Positions 61,093 to 64,000 of a stretch of DNA of 64,000 nucleotides are shown one piece after another (the first letter of the stretch is position 1; each line of letters starts with the position of its first letter). The stretch is from positions 5,275 to 69,274 of the forward strand of contig JAQGDQ010001025.1 of the NCBI GenBank assembly GCA_030141605.1, given 5' to 3'. Position numbers and translations under genes: made by a program. This DNA is from Tubiluchus corallicola. Lineage: Eukaryota; Animalia; Priapulida. Below the pieces are notes generated by a model that was not told where the DNA came from, ran no database searches, and saw only the letters and a list, made by a program, of their open reading frames with translations.

Positions 61093-63559
61093 AATGTGTC
61101 CTCTATGAGGATAACCTATGATGGTTAGCTAGTTTCCAGTTCTGCCACATGCATAGGCATCATGAGCAAGCAGGCTTCGATGAATGCTGAAACTCGTTTA
61201 ACATGCGTGTAATTTGCCTACTTATTTGCCTAAAGATTATATAGTAACATTGAAAATGACAAAAGTAGCCGTTTTTAAACCATCCAGTTCACGAAAAGAG
61301 AAATATGGCACCATTTATTTACTACGTCTTTGGGATACAAAGGAAAGTCGTCGGCAGGGTTGGTGATCCCATAGCGCTTTGTACAAGCCGTAACCTGTCC
61401 ATTGTTCTCGCAGAATCTGCAGACCACAGGTCAAACCTTTAGTCACAGCTGACCAGACCATAAAATACATCAAATAAGGGTCTGAGTGGTCTAACAGTCA
61501 CAGCATCGGATTTGTAATACAATAGTCACTGAATCAACTGTGAACTTCTTATATTTTCTTTTCAGTCGAAACTAATTTCAAAAAAAATCAACAACCATGG
61601 ATCCACTTTGTTGCCAAGTTAAGTTTAGGGATATTTGGGGAAAAATGAGAAAAAAAGGCCTGGATAAACCAATCATTCCAATATAATGTGACAAGTCAAG
61701 TTAAATAACATAAGTAATTTAAATGTTGCGAAATGTTATAGTCGTTTATTTTAACATATTAATTTGTATTTTTGTTAAGGGCACTTATACGTCTCACTTG
61801 ATGTTTGTTATGCTGTACTGTTACGTTTTTTTTCGTACGTCAGTAAATCTCTAAACCTCCAAGTAATTTAACCGAAAATATAACATTCATAGTTAAATAA
61901 CACAAAAAGACAAACCCCAAACTGAGCAATAGGCCTGTCGCATAAGGTGATTTGAGCCACTTTAGGTCGATCTCAATCAACTAAAGTTTCAGGAGCGCTG
62001 TAGCCTCCCCGTAGATCCGCCCCTCCAGCTAGTATCAATTCAAGCTCTGTGGTGGCGCCACCAGTAATTAGAGTCCTGATTAGCGTTAATGCATTGTCAT
62101 TGAAGTACGTCTTCAAAAAAAACTGTTGAAATACCATGGTTTCAAATATCTAAACACGGTTAAGAAGCATAAAAATCAGCTTTTCCGTTAAACATAAATT
62201 TAATAGAACATATTATTAACACTAAAGTGGAACTTTTTTGGGACAAAAAGTATAAAAGTATACATGATGGCAAAATAGTATCAGCTACAATTGTTGTACT
62301 ACAACAGTTCAGTTTAAACAATATTTTTTCTATTTTACAAAAAATTATAATCACAAATGCATTTATAATAAGTACAATGGGCAATTCATCAAACACTGAC
62401 TGGCTAACAGGTATATTGTATATGAAAGCCTTTCAGACAGTAGAAAGATGACTTATAAATTTCACAGACACACGATTGCAAACATTGTTTGTTATTCTAC
62501 CGGTAGGAATGACATTAAGAAAGTTATGTAACTTAACTTACACTAGTGAACAACACATTTAACTTGACACTACTGGCACATACTGTATAACCCTATCTTC
62601 TCAGCAGGTTTTGATGTACTAGTTTGCTTGTTCTTGCTCAAATGATCGTAAAAGAAAAAGTCGTGCCTAATTAGTATCCCCATATGCGGATACAGTCAGT
62701 AACTAAATAAAAAATATACATATTTAATTAATATCATTATATCATCACATATATATTTCTATATAAAAATATAGAAAACATTCCATCATGCAGTTATAAT
62801 TACCAATATGTAAAAAAATCAAACATCATGCACTATCCTAATAAAAAAAAATTGTAAACACATTCATCAACTAAATTGTATTATTTTAAAAGATACCTTA
62901 AACCAATTTTAGGCCTTTGCATGCAGTACATATCATGCAATGTGTATTGTATAAATATACCTGTACTGCTTCTAGCATCAAGTCAGAAAAATTTATTTAT
63001 TTTATGGCAGCTTCATTAACATTTCATAAACATAAAGCAGAATATACTGGAAAGAAACAGTTGCATTAAAAAACGTAGTCAGAACAATAGATATTTTATC
63101 ATGTGGAAGCGGGTTTTCTGTTGAACTTATAAACCAAGACACGGAGACAAATATAATTCACAATCTTAATCATTCACTATTTCAATAATCACATTCGCAA
63201 TACAGCAATAATAAAATAATTACTGTTGTCCAGGCGGTGCCTAAAATGATTACTGTATAGGAAAACTACTGTCATTATTATGTCAAAACACATCTTGGCA
63301 ATATAATTTCTAAAGTATCATTCCATGAACACTAATAACAACTTTAAGAACAAAGCGATTATACTGCCAAATGTCCTTGGAGATTCAAATTTGACGTTCT
63401 GTGGTGGGCACCTTGCGTTGTATTTGAAGTAGTTTACATATGGCCTACAATTCACTTTGAAATTGGGCAAATAACATGCTGTTTCCTTTCCTGCCACAGT
63501 GGTTCTTTACTGGCGGGACATTGAATTCATACAGCTATTTTGAATTCATACAGGACATC

Positions 63560-64000
63560 ATATTTAATGCTCCATTCCCCGTTTATGGGGATTTAAGTAA
63601 TCCTTTCGACAGTTTAAATCACACACTACTATGTTGGGAAAATTTGAAGAAACTTGGATTCGAACAATCAGCATTAAAATTAGTTAATGATTACCTACAA
63701 AATAGAAAGCAGCGAGTTAAAATAAAATACAACATTCTCAGATTGGGCTAACATTCAAGAAGGTATCCCACAGGGTACACTGTTGGGACCTCTACTGTTT
63801 AACCTTTTTATGTACAATATTTTTAACGTTTTACCACATTCAAGTATTACGCAATATGCAGGCGACACGACGATTTATCTGGCTCACGAGAACATCAGCA
63901 TTGCAAAACACTACTTAGAAAAAGAGATAAAGACTATCAACATGGCATTTAATTATTACAAGTTAAAAATGAACAGTGATAAAAAGGAATTTATGGTATT
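63560..64000 (+). mobile_element. LINE reverse transcriptase fragment (degenerate)
   Basis: DLSNPFDSLNH..YLQNRKQRVKI / GIPQGTLLGPLLF..QYAGDTT (YADD mutated); frameshifted; runs off the window. Confidence 0.9.

Overview
AT-rich, intron-containing DNA, most likely from an invertebrate animal; the species cannot be determined from sequence alone. No prokaryotic features or CRISPR arrays. Hand-spliced host genes: (1) a secreted multi-Sushi/CCP-like protein (minus, 886-9733); (2) an apparently intact 7-exon, 393-aa glucoside xylosyltransferase-like GT8 gene (minus, 15223-25714); (3) head-to-head with it, a disrupted GT31 beta-1,3-galactosyltransferase-like pseudogene (plus, 27944-30843); (4) a pseudogenised BBE-type FAD oxidase 3' fragment with a GPI-like tail. 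The right half is dominated by a ~15-kb rearranged Kolobok-type DNA transposon (KolX gene plus THAP transposase), interleaved with duplicated copies of its own right-flank DNA. Those duplicates carry an unrecognised small multi-exon gene whose coding exons are heavily diverged, including at synonymous sites, while the surrounding introns are about 95% identical by eye. This is the most unusual signal in the window. Also present: a 5S-rRNA-headed SINE with an RTE-type tail, an LTR joined to a 33-nt copy of the tRNA-His 3' end, two related long LTRs, BEL/Pao gag, Tc1/mariner, piggyBac- and Kolobok-type MITEs, LINE fragments and many mini/microsatellites. All alignments, splice models and family assignments were made by eye, without database searches.
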